DNA from: Somniosus microcephalus
Lineage: Eukaryota
Assembly: GCA_052327205.1 (NCBI GenBank)
Contig: CM126216.1
Span: 60,264,001 to 60,328,000, forward strand
DNA length: 64,000 bases
Reading direction: 5' to 3'
Shown: piece after piece, positions 23,743 to 36,468 of the stretch
How positions within the stretch are numbered: position 1 is the first letter of the stretch
Layout: the number at the start of each line of letters is the position of its first letter
Position numbers and translations under genes: made by a program
The notes under the pieces: model-generated
What the model saw: only the letters and a program-made list of their open reading frames with translations
What the model was told of the DNA's origin: nothing
Database searches by the model: none

Positions 23743-25994
23743 GTAGGTTTTGCATGTCTATACAGCATCTCTCTTACACAACAGAAATGTTACCTACTTA
23801 AATTCATTGTTAGAAACTTCGATGTGTACGTTATTAAATATTAATAGCACTAACTGATCTTCCATAGCCTTGCACATGGGGAGTCTGAGGTGGAGCACGA
23901 GTGTGATTTTTAGCTGCTAAGATGGAACTATGTTTAACCTGATCTGTCCCGTTACACTGCTCAGGTACTCACCATGAGCAAGTGGTCTAAATAGCCTCAC
24001 CTTGAGCTCAATAGGGGCTAAATGCAGTTCCTGTAGATTGGCAGCTGCTTGTAAATCCTTGGTTTCTGTCCTTGCTCCAGCATCAAAAGCAGAAATACTG
24101 GAACAAAGTATGATATTTGAAATGCGATGGAGGCATGCTTGATACGTGACTTTGAGAGAGATGCATTTATCTAAGTGTTTGGAAAGCTTGCTCTTTTATT
24201 TTACTTAGTGAGGGACCAATAATTATTTGTTTAGTACAGTAATTTATGGTGAAATGATCTTGTAACTAGCCAGACTCTGCCGCCCCACCTCTCCAAATTG
24301 TCATAGAGTCACAGAGTTATACAGCACAGAAAGAGGCCCTTCGGCCCATTGTGTCCGCGCCGGCCATCAAGCCCTGTCTACTCCAATCCCATTTTCCAGC
24401 ACTTGGTCCATAGCCTTGTGAGCTATGGCGTTTCAAGTGCTCATCTAAATGCTTCTTGAATGTTGTGAGGGTTCCTGCCTCTACCACCCTTTCAGGCAGT
24501 GAGTTCCAGATTCCAACCACCCTCTGGGTGAAAAGGTTTTTGCTCAAATCCCCTCTAAATCTCCTGCCCCTTACCTTGAAATTATGCCCCCTGGTTATTG
24601 ACCCCTCTACTAAGGGGAAAAGTTCCTTTCTATCTACCCTATCTATGCCCCTCATAATTTTGTACACCTCAATCAGGTCCACCCTCAGCCTTCTCTGCTC
24701 TAAGGAAAACAACCCCAGCCTGTCCAGTTTCTCTTCATAGCTGAAGCGCTCCAGCCCAGGTAACATCCTGGTGAATCTCCTCTGCACCCTCTCCTATGCA
24801 ATCACATCCTTCATATAGTGTGGCAACCAGAACTGCACACAGTATTCCAGCTGTGGCCTAACTAGCGTTTTGTACAGCTCCATCATAACCTCGCTGCTCT
24901 TATATTCTATGCCTTGGCTAATGAAGGCAAGTATCCCATATGCCTTTTTAACCACCTTATCTACCTATCCTGCTGCCTTCAGGGATCTATGTACATGCAC
25001 ACCAAGGTCCCTCTGATCCTCTGTCCTTCCTAGGGTCCTACCATTCATTGTGTATTCCCTTGCCTTGTTAGTCCTCCCAAAATGCATCACCTCACACTTT
25101 TTAGGGTTAAATTCCATTTGCCACTGTTCTGCCCATCTAACCATCCCGTCTATATCGTCCTGTAGCCTGAGGCTTCCCTCCTCGCTATTTGCCACTCCAC
25201 CAATTTTTGCGTCATCTGCGAACTTACTGATCATACCTCCTACATTCATATCTAAATCATTAATGTACACTACAAACAGCAAAGGACCCAGCACCGTTCC
25301 CTGCGGTACACCACTGGACACAGGCTTCCAGTCACAAAAACAACCTTCGACCATCACCCTCTGCCTCCTGCCACTAAGCCAATTTTGGATCCAATGTGCC
25401 AAATTGCCCAGTCTCCCATGTGGGACTTTGTCAAAAGCCTTACTGAAGTCCATGTAGACTACATCAACTGCACTACCCTCATCCACACACCTCATCACCC
25501 CCTCGAAAAATTCAATCAAATTGGCTAGACATGGTCTCCCCCGACAAAGCCATGCTGACTATCCTTGATTAATCCTTGCCTCTCCAAGTGGAGACTAATT
25601 CTGTCCCTCAGAATTTTTTCCAATAATTTCCCTACCACTGGTGTTATGCTCACTGGCCTGTAATGCCCTGGTTTATCCCTACTACCCTTCTTGAACAATG
25701 GTACTACGTTAGCTGTCCTCCAGTCCTCTGGCACCTCCCCTGTGGCCAGAGAGGTTCTGAAAATTTGTGTCAGAGCCCGTGCAATCTCCTCCCTTGCCTC
25801 ACACAGCAGCCTGGGATACATCTTGTCTGGGCCTGGGGATTTATCCACTTTTAAGCCTGCTAAAACCGCTAGCACCTCCTCCCTCTCAATACTAATTTGT
25901 TCAAGTATATCACAATCCCCCTGCCTGATTTCTATGCCTACATCGTCCTTCTCCATAGTGAACACAGATGCAAAATATTCATTTAAAACCTCAT

Positions 25995-27561
25995 GGCGGT
26001 GAATGTCTTCACCGCCATCTTCAATCTGTCATTGGCCCAGGCAGTAGTCCCTACATGCTTCAAGACCGCTACCATTATTCCTGTGCCAAAACAAACGGCT
26101 GTGACGTGCCTGAACGACTATCGACCTGTCGCACTCACACCCATCATAATGAAGTGTTTCGAGAGACTGGTCTTAGCCCACATCAAAGCCAGTGTTCCTG
26201 CCTCTCTTGACCAACACCAGTTTGCCTATCGTGCAAACAGATCAACGGAGGATGCAATCACAACTGCTCTACACTCGGCACTGAATCACCTAGATGGTAA
26301 GGAAACCTACATCAGAATGCTGTTCATAGACTACAGCTCAGCATTCAACACTATTGTCCCCAACAAGCTGGCCACCAAACTCCAAACTCTTGGCCTGAAC
26401 ACTTCCCTCTGCAACTGGACCCTGGACTTCCTAACAAACAAACCCCAGTCTGTCAAATTAGGTAACCACACCTCCCCCCCCCCCCCCGCTGACCCTGAAC
26501 ACGGGGGCCCCACAAGGATGTGTGCTGAGCCCCCTCCTCTACTCCCTCTTCACCCACGACTGTGTGGCTGTTAATGGTTCCAACACTATCGTCAAGTTTG
26601 CGGATGACACCACGGTAGTAGGCCAGATCACCAACAACGATGAGTCAGCCTATAGGGAGGAGGTCCAGCATCTCGTGAAGTGGTGCGCCGAGAACAACCT
26701 GGCCCTTAACACCAAGAAAACCAAAGAAATCATTGTGGACTTCAGGAAGTCCAAAGGCGGAAGTCACCCCCCCCATCCACATCAATGGGGCTGTGGTGGA
26801 AAGGGTGGACAGCTTTAAGTTCCTCGGAGTCCACATCATGGAAGACCTCTCCTGGTCCCTCAACACCTCCTCTCTGGTGAAGAAGGCCCAGCAGCGCCTA
26901 TATTTCCTAAGGAGGCTGAAGGGATGTAACCTGTCACCCCTGATCCTCTCTAACTTTTACCGCTGCACTATAGAGAGCATCCTGACAAACTGTATCACAG
27001 TATGGTATGGCAGCTGTAACTACTATGACCGGAAAGCCCTGCAGCGGGTAGTCAAAACTGCCCAACGCATTACCGGCACCCGGCTACCGACCATAGAGCA
27101 CATATACCAGAAACGCTGTCTACGGAGGTCACGGTCCATCATCAAAGACCCTACCCACCCCAGCCACAGTCTGTTCACCCTCCTGCCATCTGGGAGACGC
27201 TACAGATGCATTCGCACCCATATGACCAGATTTAGGAACAGCTTCTTTCCCAGGGCTGTCATCCTACTGAACTCCACAAATAAACTCTAAAGCCTTCGCA
27301 CCCGTACGACCAGATTTAGGAACAGCTTCTTTCCCAGGGCTGTCATCCTACTGAACTCCACAAATAAACTCTAAAGCCTGCACATCTGCCAATGCACTTT
27401 ATTATGGTTATATTTATGTTAATATACTACAAGCCAAATGTATGTTGAATGTTTAAATGTCTTAATCCAAATGTACACTCTCGGGAGCCGCAAGCCTACA
27501 TTTCGTTGTACTGCACTTGTGCACTAACAATGACAATAAAAGTTGATTTGATTTTGATTTG
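25995..27561 (+). mobile_element. Rex1/Babar-clade LINE, 5'-truncated
   Basis: [80 protein letters not shown]; AATAAA then (TTGAT)n tail; frameshifts at C-runs near 26473-26488 and 26766-26774. Confidence 0.9.
27211..27378 (+). repeat. 84-bp tandem duplication at the end of the Rex1 ORF
   Basis: 27211-27294 and 27295-27378 are identical except at two positions. Confidence 0.95.
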
Positions 27562-28994
27562 ATCTACATCTTCCGGCTCTACACACAGATTGCCACTTTG
27601 GTCCCTAATGGGCCCTACTCTTTCCCTGGTTATCCTCTTGCCCTTAATATACTTATAAAACACCTTGGAATTTTCCTTTATTTTGCCCGCCAGTTTTTTT
27701 ACATGTCCCCTCTTCGCTCTCCTAATTTCTTTTTTAAGTACCCCCCTGCACTTTTTATACTCATCTAGGGCTTCAACTGTTTTTAGTCCTTTTTTTTTTC
27801 TGCCAAAAGCCTCCCTTTTTTTCCTAATCCATTCTTGTATATCCCTTGACATCCAAGGTTCCCTGGGCTTGTTGGTCCCACCCTTGACCTTTACGGGCAC
27901 ATGTTGGCATTGTACTCTCTCTATTTCCTTTCTGAAAGACTTCCACTACTCTGATGTGGATTTTCCTACAATTAGCTGATCCCAGTCCATTTTGGCCAGA
28001 TCCTGCCTTATCATATAAAAATCAGCCTTCCCCAATTGAGAACCTTTATTTCCGGTCAATCTTTGTCCTTTTCCATGACTACCTTAAATCTCACCGAATT
28101 ATGGTCACTGTCACCAAAATGCTCTCCTACTGACACTTCTGCCACTTGCCTGGCTACATTTCCTAGAGTTAGGTCCAGTACCACCCCCTCTCTTGTAGGA
28201 CTTTCTACATGCTGGCTCAAAAATCTCTCCTGGATGCACTTTAAGAATTCCGCACCCTCTAAGCCTTTCACACTCTGACTATCCCAATTAATATTGGGGA
28301 AGTTGAAATCCCCTACTATTATTACCCTATTATTTCTACATTTCTCTGAGATTTGCCTACCTATCTGTTCTTCTATCTCCCCCTGACTGTTTGGGGGCCT
28401 ATAGTACACTCCCAGCAAAGTGCTTGCCCCCTTTTGTTTTTAAGTTCTACCCATATGGCCTCCTTAGAGGAAACTGCTAAGATATCATCCCTCCTCACAG
28501 CAGTAATTGACTCCTTGATTAATATTGCGACACCCCCTCCTCCTTTACACCCACCTCTGTTTCGCCTGAAGATTCTATACCCCGGAATATTGAGCTGCCA
28601 GTCCTGCCCCTCCCTCAACCATGTCTCTGTGATAGCAACAATATCATACTCCCATGTGTTCATCAACACCTTCAATTCATCTGCCTTACTCGCAAGACTC
28701 CTTGCATTAAAGTAAATGCCATCCAGTCTTGCCATATTCCCTTGTGCCATTACATATTTGCTCTGCCTTCCAAACTGACTTGTTTTTTCCTCTATATTTG
28801 GCTGTGCATCACCCCCTACTATAGCTCCACTCCGTATCCCATCTCCCTGCCAAGTTAGTTTAACCCCCCCCCCCCACCCTGGTTTTAAATGCTCATCTAC
28901 ATCCTTACCTTACTGCTATTCCATCCTGGCCAGTTGGTTTCCATTGATTATATTTCCTTGGTCCTAGAAGCATAGAGACTATCAGCAATGATTC

Positions 28995-29212
28995 CCCAGA
29001 ATGTGGAACTCGCTACCACAAGGAGTGGTTGAGGCGAATAGCATAGACGCATTTAAGGGGAAGCTAGGTAAATGCATGAAAGGGAAAGGAATAGAAGGTT
29101 ATGCTGATAGGGTTAGATGAAGAAGGGTGGGAGGAGGCTCGTGTAACACTGGCATGGACCAGTTGAGTTGAATGGTCTGTTTCTGTGCTGTACATTCTAT
29201 GTAATTCTATAT
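28995..29212 (+). mobile_element. CR1 3' fragment
   Basis: AGAATGTGGAACTCGCTACCACAAGG... ending in a (ATTCTATGTA)-type tail. Confidence 0.85.
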
Positions 29213-29421
29213 AAGTCAGAGAGAAAGGCAAGGGAAAAAGCTGCCATCGGCAGTCAACTGATTGTACAGCTACTTTAGCTGAAGGTATGGGATTGTCCAT
29301 AGGCTGAACTACTCTACCATCACAGGCGAAGGAACTTGAGAGACCTTATGAGGGTAGATATGCAATATTTGGGGAGATATGATGAACCTGGCAGGTAAAG
29401 ATAATATTTGATGTGAGAGCT

Positions 29422-29856
29422 AAGAAAGAACTTGCATTTATATTGCTCCTTTCACAACTTTATAATGCCCTAAAGCACGTCGCAGCCAATGAAATACTTT
29501 AAGTGTCGTCACTGTTGCAGTGCAGGGAAACAGGGCAGCTAATTTGTACACAGCAAGGTCCCACAAACATCAATGAGATAAATGTTTTTTAAGGATGTTG
29601 GCTAAATATTAGCCAGGAGACCTGGAGCATTCCTCTACTCTTCTTTGAATACTGCCAGGGGATCTTGTATGTCCACCTGAGAGGGCAGACAGGACCATAG
29701 TTTAATGCCTCATCCAAAAAACAGCAGTGCAGCACTCCCTCAATACTGCACTGAAATGTCAGCTTAGATTATGTGCTCAAGTACCTTGAGTGGGGCTTGA
29801 AGCCACATCCTTCTGATTCAGAGGTGCGAGGACTACCACTGAGCCAAGGCTGACAC
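29422..29856 (-). mobile_element. DeuSINE, full length with tRNA-derived head
   Basis: Minus strand starts GTGTCAGCCTTGGCTCAGTGGTAG (A-box) with B-box-like GGCTTCAAGCCC; Deu core and L2-like tail. Confidence 0.85.
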
Positions 29857-29931
29857 CTGAGACAAAAGAAAGCATTCAACAGAAAAAGAAAAAGGTCATT
29901 CATTCCATTGAGCTCAAAGCTTATGTACAAT

Positions 29932-30654
29932 GGCCCAGAAATTCGGGTTGGAGGCTTCCTGCGGGTGTAAGCCTCCGACCTGCACTTACCTAGCGCGCCG
30001 GCCGTTGAGCTGTGGGCCCGCGTGGGATTCCGATCCTGGGCCTGCTCCAACTGCCGGTGCGCAGTGCTTGCATATCCCAGGGGCGCAGTTAGTTCAAAGC
30101 GTCCCTTGGGATCACGTGGGCCATGGAGAGCCAATGGTAGCAGGGAAATGCCCATTCATAAAATTGACAGGAAGAGCTGTCAAAACTATAAATACTATAA
30201 GCCCCAAAACATCAATAAAACTTCAAATACATTTTTAAAAAACATCACATTTTTAAAATAACTATAAATTACATAAAATAACTATTTTAAACAATAATTT
30301 AAATTTTTTAAAAAATTAATTACATTTTCTAACAGGGCTAAAAATAAACTTTCATTTCTTTAAAGTATTTAAAAATAACAAACCTGTGGAAAAAATGTTT
30401 TAATTTTAATTAATTCACCACTTACCTTGTTAAAAGCAACTCCTGGAGACTTATCCTCCCGGAGAAACCTGCAAAAAAAAATAAGTTCCATGCGCATGCG
30501 CTGCCATCCGGCGTACGCGTTTGACCTCTGAACCGCTTCCTTTAAGGGAATGGAAGTGCCGGTTTCCCGCGCATGCATAAAACCGACACTTCCGTTGGGC
30601 CTACGGGTGAGTACCCCGTGTGTACTCACCCGTGGAGACCCGAATTTCTGGGCC
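29932..30654. mobile_element. Young non-autonomous PIF/Harbinger element (723 bp)
   Basis: Perfect 17-bp TIR GGCCCAGAAATTCGGGT; exact AAT TSD (29929-29931, 30655-30657); GC-rich arms with an AT-rich core. Confidence 0.92.
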
Positions 30655-31084
30655 AATGTACCAAACATGGGCCCTATCACATTTATTTAATATCCTGAGG
30701 GAAAGTTTTGCCTAATATCAAAAGGGTAATCAAATTAGCTACAGAACATGTATCATATCTTTGATCTTCAACCTTGGTCAGTTTCTTTTTGTAATTGACA
30801 TTTCCTTGAACCTAGGAGTACATAGATCTTCATGTTTTGTGCAGTATCCTTGGTTTACAGTAGACCACTAATGCACAGCTTATTGGCAGAAAGCAGAGGT
30901 ATCACAATATTAGATACACCTATTGTTAAAACAGTTGAGCACTCAACTGCTGATCAGAAATCCTTGGCTGCCTTTACTGCTAGGGTGAGTTTATCACTTC
31001 TTAATTGAGCCTCTAGATGGAGTGCTGTGCAATGTTGAAATAGTGAGAAGGAACAGCAAAAGAAGACAGAATCCAAATGCCTCT

Positions 31085-31190
31085 TTGTCCACATAACAAC
31101 AGCGACTACACTTCAAAATAATTAATCGATGTGAAGCACTTTGGGATATCCTGAGGACTTGAAAGACACTATATAAATGCAAGTTATTTA
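31085..31190 (+). mobile_element. DeuSINE tail fragment
   Basis: ACAACAGCGACTACACTTCAAAA...CACTATATAAATGCAAGTT. Confidence 0.7.
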
Positions 31191-32744
31191 ATGTTATAAC
31201 ATAACATTGACAACTGCCATAGAAAACCCAGAACATGTTGCAATTCCCACTGCATAGTGTATGTGTCATTTTTGTAAACAGGAAAGGAAGGTAGATAGAA
31301 TTATTTGAAACAAATTTGAAATGATTTCATCTTAATTTCAAAAATGCTCATGTGATTGGCTATTATGTGGTTGGTACACAATGCATATTAAATTGATATA
31401 CCAGTTCAGAGTAACTTTATGTTCATTCAGTTCGATTGCAATAGCACTATAAAAGTTTAGCCATTTGACAATTGCTTAAAGAGAAGTTAAAACAGCAGCC
31501 TCCAAGTATGAGCACAGCCCTGAAATTAACTTAAGTAGAAAAGACCAACATCACCTAATATGCTCATAATTGAAGCAGGAAAGAAACATTTTAAGAGTAA
31601 ACACTCCTGCAGCTAGCTGAAGCCTCATACAGAATCTACTCCCCTCATGAGTTATCAGTGAGAAAGAGAGGAAAACAAATACAGATCAGAGCAGAATGGA
31701 TATAGTTGAAGCTAAATAAGACTTTTGAGCTAGCTAATTGATCCAAGTTGGGCTTGTAGGATGGTAAAGATCCAATCAGTTTGGATACATATCTATCCAG
31801 TTCTCAGTGGGCTTGAACATACAGCACAAAGCTGTCCCCAGTTCAGGTCTGAAAATGCAAATCGAACTTATTAAAGTCAGTATTGAGGTGTTATTCCTCA
31901 CTTTGTTGCGCACGAAGCAAAATAACTAATATTTAAATAATGCCCCCAAAGCTTCAGACACTTGGAGATTTATGATGCAATTATAAAGAGCATTCCACAA
32001 GGTGAGCAATTACTTTTTGAAGATTATTGTTAACATTTTTGCACCAAATAATTAACTGTTAAGGATATAAATATTTTGTTTATTCAGAAAATGTTGTAAA
32101 TGAAAAGGCAAACTCAGATCCTAAGTGTTGCCCTAAAACCTAAAAGTCTAAATGACAGAGTGATTAAACACCGTTGTGACTGAACTCTTTCATTTTTGTC
32201 TTGCCCTAAACTCTCCATTTCAACATTCTGCTGTGTTGCAATGACCCTTATTGCAGGACCTAATTTGGGCACCTTTCCTTTCAATGCCCTTCTCCCCCTC
32301 CCTTGTCTTACTTTGTTTCCTAAACACATGACTCATGTTGAGATGTGCCAGCATACTTGCCTTGCCCAAGTGGGCATTCTTCATCTATGAACCTCGACAG
32401 CAAGTGTTCAATAGGCCACTTGACCATGGGGGCATCAAAGCTGAGTCTGATCTTGGCTGCATCCACCCATGTACACCTTCCAGCAGAAGCCACTAGACAG
32501 CAATCTGTGTCTAGCATTTAGACAGCACTCCTCACATCAAGGGAATTGTCTCAGAACACTTAATAGGGTAGAAAGATGGAAGAAGAATAAGAAAAGTTTA
32601 GATGGGAAGGGGCAAGTGAGGCAAAGAAAAAAGCTTTAGGAGCTTTTTGAAGGCAGGAAGAGAAGTAGCAAGGTAGAGTTATTTTGAAGGGAATTTTGAA
32701 GGGCAGTGGCATAATGACTGAAAAATCAGCCTCTGATGTGGAGG

Positions 32745-33135
32745 GAGCAAGGACCAAACAGTAATCAGGTTAGTTGACAGAGGAATGTTGAATAGGAAAA
32801 TGGGAGAACTCTGTTTTTCTTCAAATAGTGCCATAGGATATTTATCGTCCACCTGAACCACTGGAACAGATAGCTAGGATAAAATAAAAACAGAAAATGC
32901 TGGAGATACTCAGCAGGTCAGGCAGCATCTGTGGGGAGAGAAATAGAGTTAATGTTTCAGGTCGATGACCTTTTGTCAGAACTAGGATCTTGGTTTAATA
33001 TCTAATCTAAAGAACGGCACCTCTAACAATGCAGGACTCCCTCATTACTGCACTGAGTGTCAACCGAAGTTATGTGCTTAAGCGTTAGTGTTGAATTGAA
33101 CCCACAACCTTCTAACCCAGAGGCGAGAGTTCTAC
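32745..33135 (-). mobile_element. Old DeuSINE split by a Penelope-type short repeat
   Basis: Reverse-complement Deu core and head (GAACCCACAACCTTCT...AGAGGCGAGAGT). Confidence 0.7.
32881..32981 (-). mobile_element. Penelope-type short repeat with degenerate hammerhead core
   Basis: Flanked by the 7-bp direct repeat CTAGGAT (32874-32880, 32982-32988); homologous to 46501-46592. Confidence 0.75.
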
Positions 33136-34437
33136 AGTAAATGGTTAAATTAGACACATACATGGAAAGAAACTCAGGTTTGAACACAGGAATACACAAC
33201 TGGATATTTAGCTTACACTTGTTAGAATACATTTCAGATTTAGTTGAGTGGAGAGTTAGAACTGCAAAGTGCATTAGTTCCAAATTACATTTGTCAACAT
33301 GAGTAAACACTGACATTACAATAATAAAATTACTGTGCTTATGTAAATAAAGGCAAGTACAGAGAGAGACTAATGAGCCTTCCTTTAGTTAAATCTTTTA
33401 GGAATTGGCTAATTAGCTTCTTATTTGAATGTTACAGGAGAGAGCCATTTCTGTCCCTGAGGTAAAAAGTACCATCCAACTGAATGATCAGATGTTGTAT
33501 TCAGTCTTTGTTATTCTGTATTTTCCAATTAACTATGCAATGTACCACAGTTAATACCACAGCTTTTTGAAACTATCAAAGGAGCAATTTTCTGTTCTTG
33601 TTGCAGATACACAGACAAACAATCCTAAATGAGAGTTTTAAAATAAAATATACACATCAATTACTGCTCCCTCCACACACCCCCACCCGTTTTCTCCTGT
33701 CCTCTCCTTAGGTTCCAATTTACACTGGATTAGAGTTTCATGGGAATATGCCAACTTCTGGTACCTCATCCAAGTGAGCTACCATTCTTCATGTATGAGC
33801 CTAGATAGTGACTGTCAGCAGGCTGTTCTACCACACACAGCACTGTAGCTGAGATTGATTCGGGTTCTCCTTTGCCATTCGCACTAGCACATTTTCCACC
33901 AGGGGTCATTTGATAGTAATCAGGAGCAGGAACCCTGCTTCATTCCCCCTTCCTCCCCCAGAGGCACAGGAGGACATTCTGGCAGGTTTTCTTGTCCAAA
34001 TGGCTTAGGTCTACATTGGACAGTGCATTTTCCAACTGAGCCAGTGGAGCAGCCATCAATTCAATTCTTTATTCTAAATGACACTTTTAGCTGGGAGATT
34101 GAGTGGCACTGGAGTGGGGAACACCCCATTTACACCTGTAGGGTCTAAGGTTTGACTTCAGCACACACCAATGCAATGAAAGTCTCCTCTGGCTTAAAGG
34201 ATCCTTTGTGAAATGGGTTAGGGACAGCCTTAACCCAGTTCTTAATGGAAACAGGCCCACAGCATAAAACCCCCTGTATTTTCCCTCCAAATTGACTCTG
34301 TCTTAGTAAAGAAGGTATGGGAAATGTAAATGTCACAGTGGTGCTTTTGTGAGGTCCGAGGATAAGGCGTGTTTGGACAGAGCAGCCCGAGTTCACTTTG
34401 GCCATTATTGTAATTGATCTGAGAGAGCTTGACATCG

Positions 34438-34573
34438 GCGGTAGATTTTAATTTTCACCACCAGGAGGAAAACCCAAAGTCAATGGAAAGGAAAATTGGA
34501 CAGGGTATATAACGAGCGGCTGATCCGCTACCACCTGGTTTCCACCCAGCGATGAAAGTTAAAAATCTACCTC
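34438..34573. mobile_element. Harbinger-type MITE, internally deleted
   Basis: GGTAGATTTTAA...TTAAAAATCTACC inverted ends; AAGTCAATGGAAA core as in the MITE at 12017. Confidence 0.65.
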
Positions 34574-35949
34574 TCGATGTTTCCATCGGCAGTGTACCCC
34601 AACACTGATGCCCCTCAGAATATGTATAACATTAACGTACAGGTTGTTTATGTCAATGTAAATATACATTGGCATATTTCTAAATTGCTTCAATGGTAGT
34701 TTCTGTCAGTACACCTCTGATAATTTGGACTTTACAATTTAAAGAAGCAATTAGCTTTACAATGTACGAGAAAGCTCAGACAGTTTCAGTAAATAACTGC
34801 TTACCATAGCTCTCTGTTATACTGCGGTCACTGCTATAATGTGAGTAATGAATGGCTTTCTCTAGCGGTGTGTGTAGTTAAGTTTCTCTTTCCTACAACA
34901 CTCTCTTTCCTATAATGCGGTTTGTATGAATCCTGAGGGATGTGTTTTAATAAGAGGTTACTACATTTTACAAACTACCAAACCATTGTCTACCATTACG
35001 TCATTGAGCTTGGTAACAAATGACAGGGAAAGCAGGTCTGGGATTTAACAAACTTCTTTTTTTTTGGTGTCTTATTAAATGATCTCAATTTAAAAACAAG
35101 ATTACCAAGCCATGTAACTCCTTGGTTGATTTAATAGACTTAACTATCCCCTTCTATTTTAGTATCATCTGCAGATCTTGCCAACTTGAATTGTACTTCT
35201 GGATGCAAATCCAATGTAAATTAGAAGCAGTTGGGGCCCAGCACAAACATCAGGGCACTCCCCTAAGCATATCTCCCCAGTCTGAAATCACTCCTCTATT
35301 ATCCGCTGCTTCATCTCGGTCAGCTAAATGTCACCTGGTTTCACCTTGGATACTCCCTTCCTTCAGCTTGAGCAGCAGCCATTCTTGTGGAACTTAATGA
35401 AATGCTGTTTGGAACTCTAGGTACACTACATGATGGGGCTGTCCAACATCCATTTGGGATGTCGGTTCCTTAAAACAGCCCAGGAAGTTGATCAGGCAGG
35501 GCCTCTTCCTTCTCAAATTGTATTGGCTGCCAATTACCAGGTTATTTTTCTAATATGAAGTACAACCATTATTTACAAATTAAATGCATGTGTGAAATGT
35601 AAATGTCAACTACTAAGAATCTTTTCTATCTGTAGTAATCACAATGCTCGATTCATTTAAACAGGTTAAAGTTAATCAGGTTAAAGTGAATAAGGTTAAA
35701 ACCAAAAATTATTTCTGTGATTTAAGGAAGACAATCCATTTGTATGCAAATAGATTTAGAAATAAAAAGGAATGGTTTACTAGTTTTGTGCGTACCAGGA
35801 TCAAAATGGCACCTGATTAAAATAGGTCTGGCACCAATTGCCTCAAATGTGCACGTCAGTTTGGATTAGATTCCAAGGATTGGAAGATCACATTGTTGTT
35901 ATGTGATCTTCAATGTGCTAAAGTATGCTTGTTTATGGTTCGTTCGTAG

Positions 35950-36130
35950 GATGAAGCAGCACAGCCACTCAATCTGTCAGCCAGGCCCAAGACTTCAGAG
36001 CCCATCCGATCCCCCACATCACCCACCCAGAGCTTCTTCCACACAAATAAGTCCAGTCCAGTCAACCTGCCCAACAAAAGCAGCATCCCCAGCCCTGTGG
36101 GTGGTACACCAGGAAGAGGATCATCTTTAG
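35950..36130 (+). CDS. SOX6: SOX6 internal coding exon, 181 nt, phase 0/1, contains PLNLS CtBP-binding-type motif
   Basis: gttcgtAG acceptor, TTAG|GTAAGT donor. Encodes [60 protein letters not shown]; in frame with the previous exon. This frame is not in the ORF track. Confidence 0.95.
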
Positions 36131-36222
36131 GTAAGTGCACAACGAGAATGAACCTTTGTACCTTTGAATCTTTGTACCCTTAACATCACAAGAGAAGTGT
36201 TGCTCAAGATGCTACATGTAGT

Positions 36223-36468
36223 CTTCTTCTTAGGCAGTCCCTCGGAACCGAGGATGACTTGCTTCCACATTAAAAATGAGTTCTCAGGTGACTGATGAGA
36301 CTGATCTGTCACAGGTGGGGCAGACGGTGGTTGAAGGAGCGGGTGGGTGGGGTGCTTGGGTTGACGTACGCTCCTTGCGCTGCCTGCGCTTGGCTTCCGC
36401 TTGCTCCCGGCAAAGAGACTCGAGGTGTTCGGCGCCTTCCCGGATGCTTCTCCTCCACTTTGTGCGGT
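36223..36468 (-). mobile_element. RTE-clade (BovB-like) LINE 3' fragment
   Basis: Minus strand encodes DRTKWRRSIREGAEHLESLCREQAEAKRRQRKER...CPTCDR and HLRTH (C2H2 relic); (AAG)n tail; 8-bp TSD CATGTAGT (36215-36222, 36469-36476). Confidence 0.85.

Larger units (their letters stand above)
24301..28865 (-). mobile_element. Long CR1 LINE with essentially complete ORF2 (APE endonuclease + RT), decayed, split by Rex1
   Basis: APE motifs YFNARSL, ITETW, GDFN, SDH (28056-28750); RT motifs KSPGPD, YRPVS, QHGF, DFSKAFDKVPH, KFADD; C-terminus TRGHNFK; tail at 24301-24320; several frameshifts. Confidence 0.93.

Noticed and set aside
29785-29856. Possible tRNA gene
   Set aside because: A and B boxes are present but run straight into a SINE body; it is a tRNA-derived SINE head.
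35903-36140. ORF-track proteins 35903-36130 (+) and 35910-36140 (-)
   Set aside because: These are alternative frames over the real SOX6 exon, whose correct frame starts at 35950.
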